Assembly: GCA_944390035.1 (NCBI GenBank)
Contig: CALXOP010000017.1
Coordinates: 1 to 50,641 of the forward strand
Source of the DNA: an uncultured Alphaproteobacteria bacterium
GTDB taxonomy: Bacteria > Pseudomonadota > Alphaproteobacteria > RF32 > CAG-239
Reading direction: 5' to 3'
Length of the DNA stretch: 50,641 nt
The notes below the pieces were generated by a model. That model saw only the letters and a program-made list of their open reading frames with translations, made no database searches and had not been told where the DNA came from. The position numbers and the translations under genes were made by a program. This document shows, in pieces, positions 18,692 to 27,750 of this stretch. Numbering within the stretch: the stretch's first letter is position 1; each line of letters starts with the position of its first letter.

Positions 18692-19834
18692 TTATTGAGA
18701 AATTGTCTCTTCTTCAATAAACTGGTCTTCTTCCTCTGGTATATCTTCATCAGTTGCCGGTACCAAAGGTTCCACTTCAGACTGAGGCTGAGACGCTTCA
18801 AGAGAGCCGTTTTGCTCAGTTGCCCCGGCAGTAGAATCATTTGATACATTATTTTGAGAAGATTCGGCAGATGCTGGAGTGCCTTCAACCACTTCTTGCA
18901 CAGCTGTTTGTTCAAGCAAAACCGGCTGTTTATTGTCATCTTCGGTTGTCTGAGTTTGATCTTCTGCTTCAACTTTTTTCTCAGCTTCTTGCTCCAATGC
19001 CGGAAGGTTAAGCAAAGGTTGCGGGGCATTATCATCTAAATTCGGTAACAAAGGCTGCGGAGCATTGTCCTTTTGTTCCTCTGCAACGCTATTTGCTTCC
19101 GAAGTCTGGTTTTCAATAGCTTGCGCCGGCTCAACGACTTTTTCCAAAGTTTTTTCTTCTACGATTTCCGGAACAACCGGTAACTTATCTTCTTCTTGCA
19201 AAAGCGGAGCCTCGTTGCTTGTCTCAGATTTTGCTTTTTCATCTGAATTAGAAGACACAGCTTGTCCAGAAGCATTTTCCGTGCTTTCGGCTGTCTTATT
19301 GTCATTTTCCGCAGCTTTTGCCTCAGCCTTAGCCTCTTCAGCCATAAGCGCTTCTTTAGACAACGTTTCGTTCGGAATAATATCTTCCTTCTTTGGCAAA
19401 CCGTCACGCTCCAACAAACTCTCTTGTGACAGCAACTTAGATTTATCAACGTTTTTATTAATGCACTTTAGCAACCAAACATCATAAATTGGGTGTTCAA
19501 CGGCATTAAGCGCCGGCGAAGACGACATCATCCAACCCTTAAAGATGTTATAGAGCTTACCGTCTTTGGTAGTATCTGCCACATCAACAAAGGCATAGTT
19601 TTCAGGTGTTTCCTCCGGCGGAGTAGCCTTGCAAGACCGTACCACAATCGAAAAACTGCCGAATTTAACTTCACCGTTCACCGGAACTTCAATTTCACTG
19701 ACACGTCCGGTAATTTTATCCATTGCTTGCAGTTGTGCGGTATTCATCTCAAGTTGATAAGCCTGAGCGAGCGCCGGACAAAACAGGCCGGCAATCACAA
19801 CCGAAGAGCAAAGCCAATTACTTCTTATCACCAT
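18692..19834 (-). CDS. DUF2155-like periplasmic protein with a roughly 250-aa acidic low-complexity C-terminal extension
   Basis: Signal peptide, then MDKITGRVSEIEV...GWMMSSSPALNAVEHPIYDVWLLKC, the pattern I recall for DUF2155. The tail is E/Q/A/P/T-rich and includes DNAPQPLLPNLD-DNAPQPLLNLPA. Confidence 0.7.
   Translation of the reverse strand: MVIRSNWLCSSVVIAGLFCPALAQAYQLEMNTAQLQAMDKITGRVSEIEVPVNGEVKFGSFSIVVRSCKATPPEETPENYAFVDVADTTKDGKLYNIFKGWMMSSSPALNAVEHPIYDVWLLKCINKNVDKSKLLSQESLLERDGLPKKEDIIPNETLSKEALMAEEAKAEAKAAENDNKTAESTENASGQAVSSNSDEKAKSETSNEAPLLQEEDKLPVVPEIVEEKTLEKVVEPAQAIENQTSEANSVAEEQKDNAPQPLLPNLDDNAPQPLLNLPALEQEAEKKVEAEDQTQTTEDDNKQPVLLEQTAVQEVVEGTPASAESSQNNVSNDSTAGATEQNGSLEASQPQSEVEPLVPATDEDIPEEEDQFIEEETISQ
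19014..19069 (-). repeat. two 20-nt near-identical units 36 nt apart inside the DUF2155 tail
   Basis: aaaggttgcggggcattatc (19014-19033) versus aaaggctgcggagcattgtc (19050-19069). Both encode DNAPQPL. Confidence 0.8.
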
Positions 19835-20276
19835 TATCTGTCACCATAAAGATAATTTCGCCGACCATATCTTCCAAAGTCTTAAAATCACGTGTATTGG
19901 CAACGGTATCACCGTTTTGCAACATTTCCGTAGATTTTCCCGGTTCGATTTTAACAAATTTGTTACCGACCAAACCATCGCCGACAATAGAAACAATACT
20001 GTCCTTAGGCAATTTTACATCAGGAGCGATACTTAACTTTACATCAGCCACATAGTCAACCGGGTCTAAAGATTGAGCAATGACCGTACCGACCTTAATG
20101 CCGTTGATTCTGACATCAGAGCCGACAGTCAACCCGCCGACTTTCAAGAATTTGGCATTAATGTCATAGCCTTTAACCACCTGCAAATCAGAAACCTGAT
20201 ATGCAAAATATAAGAAGAAAGCCGCCACAACAAGAACGACAATACCCATAATAGTTTCAACCGGTTTTTTATTCAT
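19818..20276 (-). CDS. mlaD: MlaD/MCE-domain protein (outer membrane lipid asymmetry)
   Basis: 152 aa. N-terminal TM helix followed by GLTVGSDVRINGIKVGTV...IVGDGLVGNKFVKIEPG, an MCE domain. Confidence 0.8.
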   Translation of the reverse strand: MNKKPVETIMGIVVLVVAAFFLYFAYQVSDLQVVKGYDINAKFLKVGGLTVGSDVRINGIKVGTVIAQSLDPVDYVADVKLSIAPDVKLPKDSIVSIVGDGLVGNKFVKIEPGKSTEMLQNGDTVANTRDFKTLEDMVGEIIFMVTDNGDKK

Positions 20277-20297
20277 AATAAAACTCCTTCATAAGAC

Positions 20298-20849
20298 TTA
20301 CATATCAAAATCAAGATTTTGTTCAGACGGTGTCTTTTCGTCTTTATTTTCTGTTTTTGCACTTTTATCGCTTGGATTACGATTGGCTTTGCCGATAGAA
20401 ATGATTCTATCTAAGAGCTCTTCAATCACCATGGCGTCTTGCGTATAAGAGAACTCACCGCCGGGTTGTAAATTATCCAGCGACCCGCCCGGTTCAATCT
20501 CAATGTATTTTGAGCCCAAAATACCCGAACTGACGATAGAGGCGCTGCTGTCATCGGGAATATGCACGCCTTCTTTAATATCCAAAGTCATAATCGCGTT
20601 AAAATGCTCATCCAATCTGGCACCGACCACTTTGCCTATGGTAACGCCGGCCATCCGCACGGCATCGCCGACCAAAAGGCCGTCGGTCCGTCCAAATCTG
20701 GCATCCAAGGAATAATACGTGCCGTTATCGGCATGTTCCACTTCATTGGCGGTCAAAGAATTATAGCCGATAAGCGCCAAAATCACCAAAGCGACACACG
20801 CTCCGACCTTAAAGGATTGAGTTTCTTCTTTAGTATAAGTATCAGCCAC
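20298..20849 (-). CDS. second MlaD/MCE-domain paralog
   Basis: 183 aa. TM helix followed by GLLVGDAVRMAGVTIGKV...IVSSGILGSKYIEIEPGG. It lies 21 nt upstream of the first copy. Confidence 0.75.
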   Translation of the reverse strand: MADTYTKEETQSFKVGACVALVILALIGYNSLTANEVEHADNGTYYSLDARFGRTDGLLVGDAVRMAGVTIGKVVGARLDEHFNAIMTLDIKEGVHIPDDSSASIVSSGILGSKYIEIEPGGSLDNLQPGGEFSYTQDAMVIEELLDRIISIGKANRNPSDKSAKTENKDEKTPSEQNLDFDM

Positions 20850-20957
20850 GTCAATCTACTCCATAAAAAATTATTTCTTATATTCATAAATTAAAATAAC
20901 CGTTTTGTCATTAAACATTTTGAAAAATAAAAATAGTTGTTAAAATTTAAAAAAACT

Positions 20958-20972
20958 CTGCTAATATAGCAG
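20958..20972. promoter_or_regulatory. perfect 15-bp palindrome overlapping a -10-like taatat in a divergent promoter region
   Basis: ctgcta-ata-tagcag read directly. It lies 32 nt upstream of the ABC ATPase start, with ttgtta as a possible -35. Confidence 0.4.
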
Positions 20973-21003
20973 ACGCATAAGTAAGATTATTTTGGAATAA
21001 AAG

Positions 21004-21729
21004 ATGATAGTAGCCAAGAACATATCAAAAAATTTTGAGACGCGCAAAGCGTTGGATAACCTAAATTTTTGCCTCAACAAAGGTGATATTGTTTCTCTTT
21101 TGGGACCAAACGGGGCAGGGAAGACCACGCTGTTAAGAATTCTCACCGGATATTTGAGCCCCAGTTCCGGCAGTGTGGAAATCTATGGGCACAATCCTCA
21201 ACAAGAACGAGTCGCCGTACTCTCCAAAATCGGCTATGTTCCGGAAAACGCACCCCTTTATCCCGAAATGTCGGTTTATGACTTTTTGGCCTTTGCCGGT
21301 CGGTTGCGCCACCTCAAAGGGCAAGACTTGCAAAAATCCCTGCAAGAAACCATCATCAACTTGCAGCTGCAAAATGTCTTAACTCAAAGAATAGAAACCC
21401 TTTCAAAAGGATTTAAACACCGCGTAGCCATTGCCGCGGCACTTCTTCATCGGCCTAAGATTCTGATATTAGATGAGCCGACCGAAGGGCTTGATCCCAA
21501 TCAAAAGTTTGAAATGCACAAATTCATCCGCCAATACGGCCAACAAAGCATTATCATTATTTCAACCCACATATTAGAAGAAGTTGAAGCCATATCCAAC
21601 CGTGTTCTTTTGCTCCACAAAGGCAAACTCATCCGAGACACCTCGCCGCAAGAGTTAAAGCTCAGCGGCAATGACTTTGATATTGCCTCAGCTTTTCGTG
21701 CCATGACCGGAGAAGACAATGTTGAATGA
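21004..21729 (+). CDS. ABC transporter ATP-binding protein (ABC-2 type, GldA-like)
   Basis: Walker A GPNGAGKTT, signature LSKGFKHR, Walker B ILILDEP. Confidence 0.9.
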   Translation: MIVAKNISKNFETRKALDNLNFCLNKGDIVSLLGPNGAGKTTLLRILTGYLSPSSGSVEIYGHNPQQERVAVLSKIGYVPENAPLYPEMSVYDFLAFAGRLRHLKGQDLQKSLQETIINLQLQNVLTQRIETLSKGFKHRVAIAAALLHRPKILILDEPTEGLDPNQKFEMHKFIRQYGQQSIIIISTHILEEVEAISNRVLLLHKGKLIRDTSPQELKLSGNDFDIASAFRAMTGEDNVE

Positions 21730-22453
21730 CAGTTACACTATTCTCAAAAAAGAATTCGGCAGTTATTTTCGCACCCCGACGGCTTATATCATCATCGGAG
21801 TCTATTTGGTAATTTCCATGTTTTCCACCTTTTATTCCGCCTATTTTTTTATGAACAACAACAGCGGATTAGGTTCGTTTTTCAGCTATCAACCTGAAAT
21901 TTTGGTAATTTTGATTCCGGCCCTCACCATGAAACTTTGGGCAGACGAACGCCGTTCGGGCACTTTGGAATTTATTTTGACCCAACCGATTTCATACAAT
22001 GCCATCATTTTAGGCAAGTTCGGGGCCGCGGTTTTGTTTGGAATTTTACTTTTGGCATTAACCGGTCCCTTTGTCATCTATGTTTCATTTTTAACCGAAC
22101 TTGATTGGCAAAATATTGTATCGGGCTATCTGGCAACCATCCTTACCATAATGGTTTTAACCTCTATCGGCTGCCTGATTTCTTCTTTCAATAGCAATGC
22201 CGTTTTGGCATACTTATTTTCCGTATTTGTCGGCTGGTTGCTCATTTCTCTGAACTATGATTTTATGCTGGCTCCCTTGTTTCCGCTATCTGAAAATGTT
22301 ACCTATCTTCTCAGTCAATCACTTAATTTTTACGCCAATTATTTAGATATGACACAAGGCGAACCCGGGCTTGATAACCTGACATATTTTTTATCACTGA
22401 CAATCCTGATTTTATGGATAAACCGTGTCACCATTGAGTATAAAAAGCAATAA
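21719..22453 (+). CDS. ABC-2 family permease (GldF-like)
   Basis: 244 aa, with about 6 hydrophobic helices. It overlaps the ATPase gene by 11 nt. Confidence 0.75.
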   Translation: MLNDSYTILKKEFGSYFRTPTAYIIIGVYLVISMFSTFYSAYFFMNNNSGLGSFFSYQPEILVILIPALTMKLWADERRSGTLEFILTQPISYNAIILGKFGAAVLFGILLLALTGPFVIYVSFLTELDWQNIVSGYLATILTIMVLTSIGCLISSFNSNAVLAYLFSVFVGWLLISLNYDFMLAPLFPLSENVTYLLSQSLNFYANYLDMTQGEPGLDNLTYFLSLTILILWINRVTIEYKKQ

Positions 22454-22462
22454 GGAGCAGCA

Positions 22463-24364
22463 ATGACCCAACACAAAAAAAGCCTCCCGCTCATCATTTT
22501 TATTTGTTTGATACTGGTAATTTTTCTCAGTCTCAACATCACGGTTCGTTTGCTCGGTTCATCTCTAAAAGCTGATATGACGGCCAATCAGCGCTATTCT
22601 CTGTCGCCTGCCAGCCAAAAGATACTTTCATCTTTAACTTCTCCGGTACAAATCAAGCTCTATTTATCAAACTCTTGGGCGCAAGAAAATCCGGCCTATG
22701 CCAACTATGCGCAATTTGTGACCAGATATTTAAGAAAATATCAGCAAATTGCCGGTGCCGATAAAATTAAAATAGAAATAATTGACCCCAAACCGTTTTC
22801 TGCCGCCGAAGAAGATGCCAAAAAAGCCGGATTAAAAGCCTTGCCAGACCTTAGCGGCCAAAGCAATCTCTATTTTGGCGCCGTCATTTCCAATGCCTTG
22901 GGCAAATCAGCCGTAATTCCGAATTTCATTGCCGCTCGCAGTGGCTATCTCGAAACCGACATTAGCCGCATTTTGGCAAAGCTCAATACCGGTTCTCACA
23001 AAAACGTCGGTTTGGTCAGTCCGCAACTGCCGCTCATCACCCATGCCTACGGGCAAGCAATTCCGAACTGGGCAATTGTCGCCCAAATTCAAAATGACTA
23101 TAACATTATTGAGCTAAGCGACAGAATAGCACAAATTCCGACCAATATTGATGTTTTGTTGGTCATAAATCCGGGGCAATTAAGTCCGTTATTTGCCTAT
23201 GCCTTAGACCAATATGTTCTGCGCGGCGGCAAATTGATTGTTTTGTCAGATATTTTCAGCGACAAAAAAGCTGCCGACAAAGGCAAATTGAGCGCAACTT
23301 CAGCCAATATGAATCCGCTGTTTCAAAGTTGGGGCTTTTCGATTCCGCAAGACAAAGTTGTCGGCGACCGTACCTTGGGCGAAATGGTCACCATAACAAC
23401 GCCCAACGGCCCGCAAAGCAAAAACTTTCCTTATTGGCTGCAACTGACTTCAGCTCAAATCAATCAAAACCATCCCATCACACAAGGCCTAAGCCGCATC
23501 AGTCTTAAAAGTGCAGGGATGATTGTTCCGCAAAAGGATAACCCGCAAATCAAAATTACGCCTTTGCTCACCACCACACCGCACGCCAACAGTGTTGACA
23601 AAGCCTTGTTTCAAAAACAAAACCAATCCGAACAGGAAAACAAATTTGCGGAAGGCAATGAACAATATATTCTTGCCGCCGAAATTGACGGTAAGTTTTC
23701 ATCTGCATTTTCAAAAAATATACTGGACGGCACACCGAGCGCACAAAAATTACCGCCATACTTGCCTTATTCCATTGCGCAAGGCAAAATCATCATTGTA
23801 TCTGACAGTGACTTTATTGTGGCCGAAAACTGGGCCGACACCGGTGCAACCCTCAACAATCCGGTTTATGGCTTAGCTCCGGTTTATGACAACGGCGCGT
23901 TTTTGCTTCGCTTGCTTGACTATCTCACCGGCAAAGAGGAGGTCCTTGGCCTGCACAATACCGAACCGCTCAACATTAAAACCGTTGGCGAAAACATCTA
24001 CACGCATACCTTCAACAAATATGCCGACGCCTACAGCCAAGCCCAAGCCGAGCTCAATCAACGACAACTGTTAGCCCAAAACTATGCCAAAGCAACCCAA
24101 CAAGCATTTACGCCGCTGACGGCTCAGCAAATCAAAGAATTGGAAACCAACAAGCAACGAATTTCGGATTTGCAGCAAGAAATAAATAAAATTGCATACC
24201 AAATCAAAGAAGAAAACACGCAAGAACTCAGCCGCATTACCGACTATAACATTATTTATATTCCGGTACTGACTGTTTTAGTAATATTACTCATTTACCT
24301 CATCATCAAAAAACGGGCTCAAAAAAGAATAGGGGGAATAGCCAATGAACTTCACTCAAATTAA
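22463..24364 (+). CDS. GldG-like ABC auxiliary component
   Basis: 633 aa with N- and C-terminal TM anchors, a large periplasmic body and a coiled-coil stalk near the C-terminus. The position after an ABC-2 pair matches the GldA/F/G layout. The assignment rests on architecture and context. Confidence 0.65.
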   Translation: MTQHKKSLPLIIFICLILVIFLSLNITVRLLGSSLKADMTANQRYSLSPASQKILSSLTSPVQIKLYLSNSWAQENPAYANYAQFVTRYLRKYQQIAGADKIKIEIIDPKPFSAAEEDAKKAGLKALPDLSGQSNLYFGAVISNALGKSAVIPNFIAARSGYLETDISRILAKLNTGSHKNVGLVSPQLPLITHAYGQAIPNWAIVAQIQNDYNIIELSDRIAQIPTNIDVLLVINPGQLSPLFAYALDQYVLRGGKLIVLSDIFSDKKAADKGKLSATSANMNPLFQSWGFSIPQDKVVGDRTLGEMVTITTPNGPQSKNFPYWLQLTSAQINQNHPITQGLSRISLKSAGMIVPQKDNPQIKITPLLTTTPHANSVDKALFQKQNQSEQENKFAEGNEQYILAAEIDGKFSSAFSKNILDGTPSAQKLPPYLPYSIAQGKIIIVSDSDFIVAENWADTGATLNNPVYGLAPVYDNGAFLLRLLDYLTGKEEVLGLHNTEPLNIKTVGENIYTHTFNKYADAYSQAQAELNQRQLLAQNYAKATQQAFTPLTAQQIKELETNKQRISDLQQEINKIAYQIKEENTQELSRITDYNIIYIPVLTVLVILLIYLIIKKRAQKRIGGIANELHSN

Positions 24365-25316
24365 GTTTGCCGGATTATTGGCAAGTATAACCACGCTCTG
24401 CGCTGTTGCGGCCTTAATCTTTGTCAGCCGCAATGACCACACGCCCGAAAACGGCAATTTATATATTCAAGAAGAAGTCTTTGCCAATATCGGCGAAATT
24501 CAAATAACTTCGCCCACCACCCAAGTCACATTTAGCCCTGAAGAACACTTTTGGCGCCTCAAGGAAGCGGACTACTACTACGCCGATTTTAACTTAATGC
24601 ATAATTTGCTAAATGCCCTCAAAACAGCCCGTATTATCAACAAACAAATTGCCTCACCGGAACTAATAGAAAAATTGAACTTACAATTTTTTGACCAAAA
24701 GCAAGGAGAAGCCACGTCTCTAAGCATTAAAGATAGCGAGGGACGCATTGTCGAACATATTCTGTTTGGGACATCCACTCCCGATAAAGAAGCCACTTTT
24801 GTAATGCGCCCACAAGACAAATCAATTTACACCATCAATCAATATATAAACTTTCCCAAACAACGCATCTCTTGGGTACAACAGCCCATAACCGCCATTG
24901 AAGAAAGCAATATTCAACAAATAAAATTAAACAACAATGATTATAAAAGACCTGACAAAGGCTATCCTTTTCAAAAACGTGCCGGAAAAAATCTAACCCC
25001 GATCGAGATTGCACAAATTTTGCAAATTTTCCAGTATCTGCCGTATGAAAAAGTCATTTCCGCACAAAATTTTGATGATACCTTGTATCCCAACCGTGCC
25101 TATATAAGCCTGACAGAATTTGACGGACTGATTCGCTCGGTTGAAATTTTAACCGACAACGATGTTTATTGGGTCAAACAAACTTTTTCAACCACCCCTC
25201 TACCAACCAGACAAACGAATGATTATATCAAAAATAACAGCTTCCTTTATGATGGTTGGTACTTCCAAATATCACCCATCGAAGGCAAGCGCTTATTAAA
25301 TTACGCCAATGGTTGA
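24345..25316 (+). CDS. membrane-anchored periplasmic protein (DUF4340-like by position)
   Basis: 323 aa with an N-terminal TM helix. It overlaps the GldG-like gene by 20 nt. The family call comes from the usual synteny and not from motifs. Confidence 0.6.
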   Translation: MNFTQIKFAGLLASITTLCAVAALIFVSRNDHTPENGNLYIQEEVFANIGEIQITSPTTQVTFSPEEHFWRLKEADYYYADFNLMHNLLNALKTARIINKQIASPELIEKLNLQFFDQKQGEATSLSIKDSEGRIVEHILFGTSTPDKEATFVMRPQDKSIYTINQYINFPKQRISWVQQPITAIEESNIQQIKLNNNDYKRPDKGYPFQKRAGKNLTPIEIAQILQIFQYLPYEKVISAQNFDDTLYPNRAYISLTEFDGLIRSVEILTDNDVYWVKQTFSTTPLPTRQTNDYIKNNSFLYDGWYFQISPIEGKRLLNYANG

Positions 25317-25324
25317 GAAAATAA

Positions 25325-26749
25325 ATGGAAAATCTAGCCCCGCATGAAGACTTATTAAATCAAACTACTAACTTACTTATCCAATTAGACTCATCGGGAC
25401 GGATTTTATATGCCAATCAAGCGGCGCAATATACCTGGAAAATGCAAGACTACATCGGCATGCAACTCATAAAATATCTGGATGCCGTTTCTGTTGGGGT
25501 CTTTGACCATGCTTTGCACCGTGTCTTAACCGACTGTCAATCTTACAGTTTTGTGCTCACCGACCATAATCGAATTTACCAAGCATTTCTCTATCCCATA
25601 AAAGCAGGACGTTTAAGCCTTTGCCTTGAGAACATGACGCCGCGTCACCAACTGGAAATCAAGCTCCAAAAGACAAGACGTCGTCTGCAATTTGCCGAAA
25701 CGGTTACCAAATTAGGCTATTGGGAATTAGAACTTTCCACCCGCAAGCTCTATTGGTCCACCGAAATGTATCGTATTTTTGGCGAAAAGGGGCCCATAAC
25801 GTCGCCAATGCCAAATCTCATCAAAGAAAGGATGTACCCGGAAGATATTCCTTTTTACAAAGCCAAACTAAAAGAACTGCTCAAACAAGAACACAATGTC
25901 GAGGGGACCCTAAGAATTTATAATCACGCGCACAAATTACTTTATTGTTCCTTCAAAGCCGGAATCATCTATGAAAATCATCAAAAGCTAATTGCCGGAA
26001 CATTTCAAGACATCACGCCTTACATCACAATTCAGCAAGAATTGCAAAAAGCCAAAAAGCGGGCCGAAGAGCTAAGTGATGCCAAATCATATTTTTTGGC
26101 CCAAGCCAGCCACGACCTGCGGCAACCCATGCAAGCCCTGCAGTTATTTATTTCTTCGCTAAAAGAAGAACAATTAACCGTCATGCAAAAAATATTGGTC
26201 AACAAAATTGAGGATTCGTCCATAAACCTGCACACACTGCTGGATAATCTGTTGGACATTTCCAAAATAGAAGCCGGCGGAGTAAAATATCAACCACAAT
26301 TTTTTGATATTGGCGAACTCATAGACCGCCTTGCTCAAGAATATTCAGAATTAGCGCGAAAACAAAACATTAGTTTTAAGTATATTGCAACGCATCAAAA
26401 CATCTACAGCGACCCGATATTGCTGGAGCGTCTTTTGCGCAATTTACTCAACAATGCATTTAAATATACCAAAAATAAAGTTCTGCTAGGCGTCAAACGC
26501 TCAAAAAAAGGAATTGTCGTTAAAATCATAGATAACGGCTGTGGTATCACACCAAGCGAGCAAGAAAAAATCTTTGAAGATTTCTATCAAAGCACACAGC
26601 AACCAAACTGCCGCATTCAAGGAGTCGGACTGGGACTGGGCATTGTCAAAAGAATAGCCAAACTTCTGAATACAAAAATCCACATCTTCAGTCGACCAGG
26701 CAAGGGCAGCTGTTTTTATTTTTCACTTTTGCAGGAGTTTATTCTCTGA
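25325..26749 (+). CDS. soluble PAS-domain sensor histidine kinase
   Basis: No TM segment. Two PAS-like regions precede the H-box SYFLAQASHDLRQPMQAL, the N-box LLNNAFKY and the G-boxes DNGCGI and GVGLGLGIV. No response regulator lies next to it. Confidence 0.85.
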   Translation: MENLAPHEDLLNQTTNLLIQLDSSGRILYANQAAQYTWKMQDYIGMQLIKYLDAVSVGVFDHALHRVLTDCQSYSFVLTDHNRIYQAFLYPIKAGRLSLCLENMTPRHQLEIKLQKTRRRLQFAETVTKLGYWELELSTRKLYWSTEMYRIFGEKGPITSPMPNLIKERMYPEDIPFYKAKLKELLKQEHNVEGTLRIYNHAHKLLYCSFKAGIIYENHQKLIAGTFQDITPYITIQQELQKAKKRAEELSDAKSYFLAQASHDLRQPMQALQLFISSLKEEQLTVMQKILVNKIEDSSINLHTLLDNLLDISKIEAGGVKYQPQFFDIGELIDRLAQEYSELARKQNISFKYIATHQNIYSDPILLERLLRNLLNNAFKYTKNKVLLGVKRSKKGIVVKIIDNGCGITPSEQEKIFEDFYQSTQQPNCRIQGVGLGLGIVKRIAKLLNTKIHIFSRPGKGSCFYFSLLQEFIL

Positions 26750-27161
26750 CCGCATAGGCCATATTAATTAAATTTTCCAAATCATCATAATGTTTTTGTG
26801 TAACCAAGCGCATGCATTCAGCCTGATGATAAGCCTCATCACCATAACCGGATTTAGCCTGTTCCCAATAAGCGCAATAGCTGTTGCGATAAGCCTGCCA
26901 AGACTTGAACTGTTCATTAAGCGAGGTTTTACCGCTGTTCAAACGATTAAAATGCGGATCTCTTGCCAATTTTGCATAAGTATTTGTGATTTCGCGCATC
27001 AAGCGTCTTGTTTCATCTTGTTCGCAAACCACTTGCTTGCGCCAGTCACCTTGGGAGCGATTAATACACAAGCCATAATCAGATGCCAAAGCCCCCTGAG
27101 CACCCACCAACAACGCGGCCATAAAAGCAATCCACTTATTTTTCATAACTTTCTCCCTCAA
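26739..27161 (-). CDS. secreted DUF1311/LprI-like protein
   Basis: Signal peptide plus a four-Cys pattern, with Q..W..YR...C typical of the lysozyme-inhibitor LprI family. Its 3' end overlaps the kinase 3' end by 11 nt (convergent genes). Confidence 0.6.
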   Translation of the reverse strand: MREKVMKNKWIAFMAALLVGAQGALASDYGLCINRSQGDWRKQVVCEQDETRRLMREITNTYAKLARDPHFNRLNSGKTSLNEQFKSWQAYRNSYCAYWEQAKSGYGDEAYHQAECMRLVTQKHYDDLENLINMAYAVRE

Positions 27162-27581
27162 TTAAATAGCATTCTCTTGGTAAATTTTGACGATATTATC
27201 CAAATCATCCAAAAAGCGCTGATTCATATCAAGATTGCATTTTGAGGTTTGCAAAATCGAAACGGTTCCCAGTCCTTGCGTATAAGTATAGCCATACAAA
27301 TCACAATATTCATCGCGCAGATTTTCCCAGTTTGTCAATAAGACCTTAAAATTCTTTTTAGACGGATCCCAGTTATTAAAATAGCTTGTTGCGGCAATAG
27401 AATTTACTTTTTTTCTGATTTCACCCATAATGCGAGTTGCTTCATCATCATTACATTTGGCCATTTCTCTGTCGCTCATATAATTTTTATCCAAACATTC
27501 TTGATATAAATCGGCCTGAGCAGAGGAGGCGAAAAGTGCAAGCGATGAAACAATCATGCAACCCAAACTTTTTTTAATCAT
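27162..27581 (-). CDS. secreted DUF1311/LprI-like protein, tandem paralog
   Basis: Signal peptide, CNDDEATRIMGEIRKK and W..LRDEYC. Its stop abuts the start of the downstream paralog. Confidence 0.6.
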   Translation of the reverse strand: MIKKSLGCMIVSSLALFASSAQADLYQECLDKNYMSDREMAKCNDDEATRIMGEIRKKVNSIAATSYFNNWDPSKKNFKVLLTNWENLRDEYCDLYGYTYTQGLGTVSILQTSKCNLDMNQRFLDDLDNIVKIYQENAI

Positions 27582-27707
27582 GGAAAAATCCTTTCAAAAA
27601 GCCAACAATAAGCAATAAAACATTAATTAAGCTTAAAATAACATATACATTATTAAAGGTTTATTAAGGCCACAAAAAGAATATTTTATTGAAACTAAAA
27701 AAAACAC

Positions 27708-27736
27708 TTGCAAAAAAAATCTGAGGGGTTTATATT
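27708..27736 (+). promoter_or_regulatory. sigma70-like promoter for tRNA-Lys
   Basis: ttgcaa, a 17-nt spacer, then tatatt, ending 15 nt before the tRNA 5' end. Confidence 0.55.
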
Positions 27737-27750
27737 CCGGCATAGTTTAT

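Noticed and set aside
19065-19487. 140-aa + strand ORF, plus 18685..19035 and 19159..19449 on the minus strand in other frames.
   Set aside because: These are artefacts of the low-complexity acidic tail region of the DUF2155 gene, where all frames stay open because of biased composition.
26790-27245. 151-aa + strand ORF spanning both DUF1311 genes.
   Set aside because: It crosses the boundary of two well-formed minus-strand genes that have signal peptides, and its composition is junk-like.
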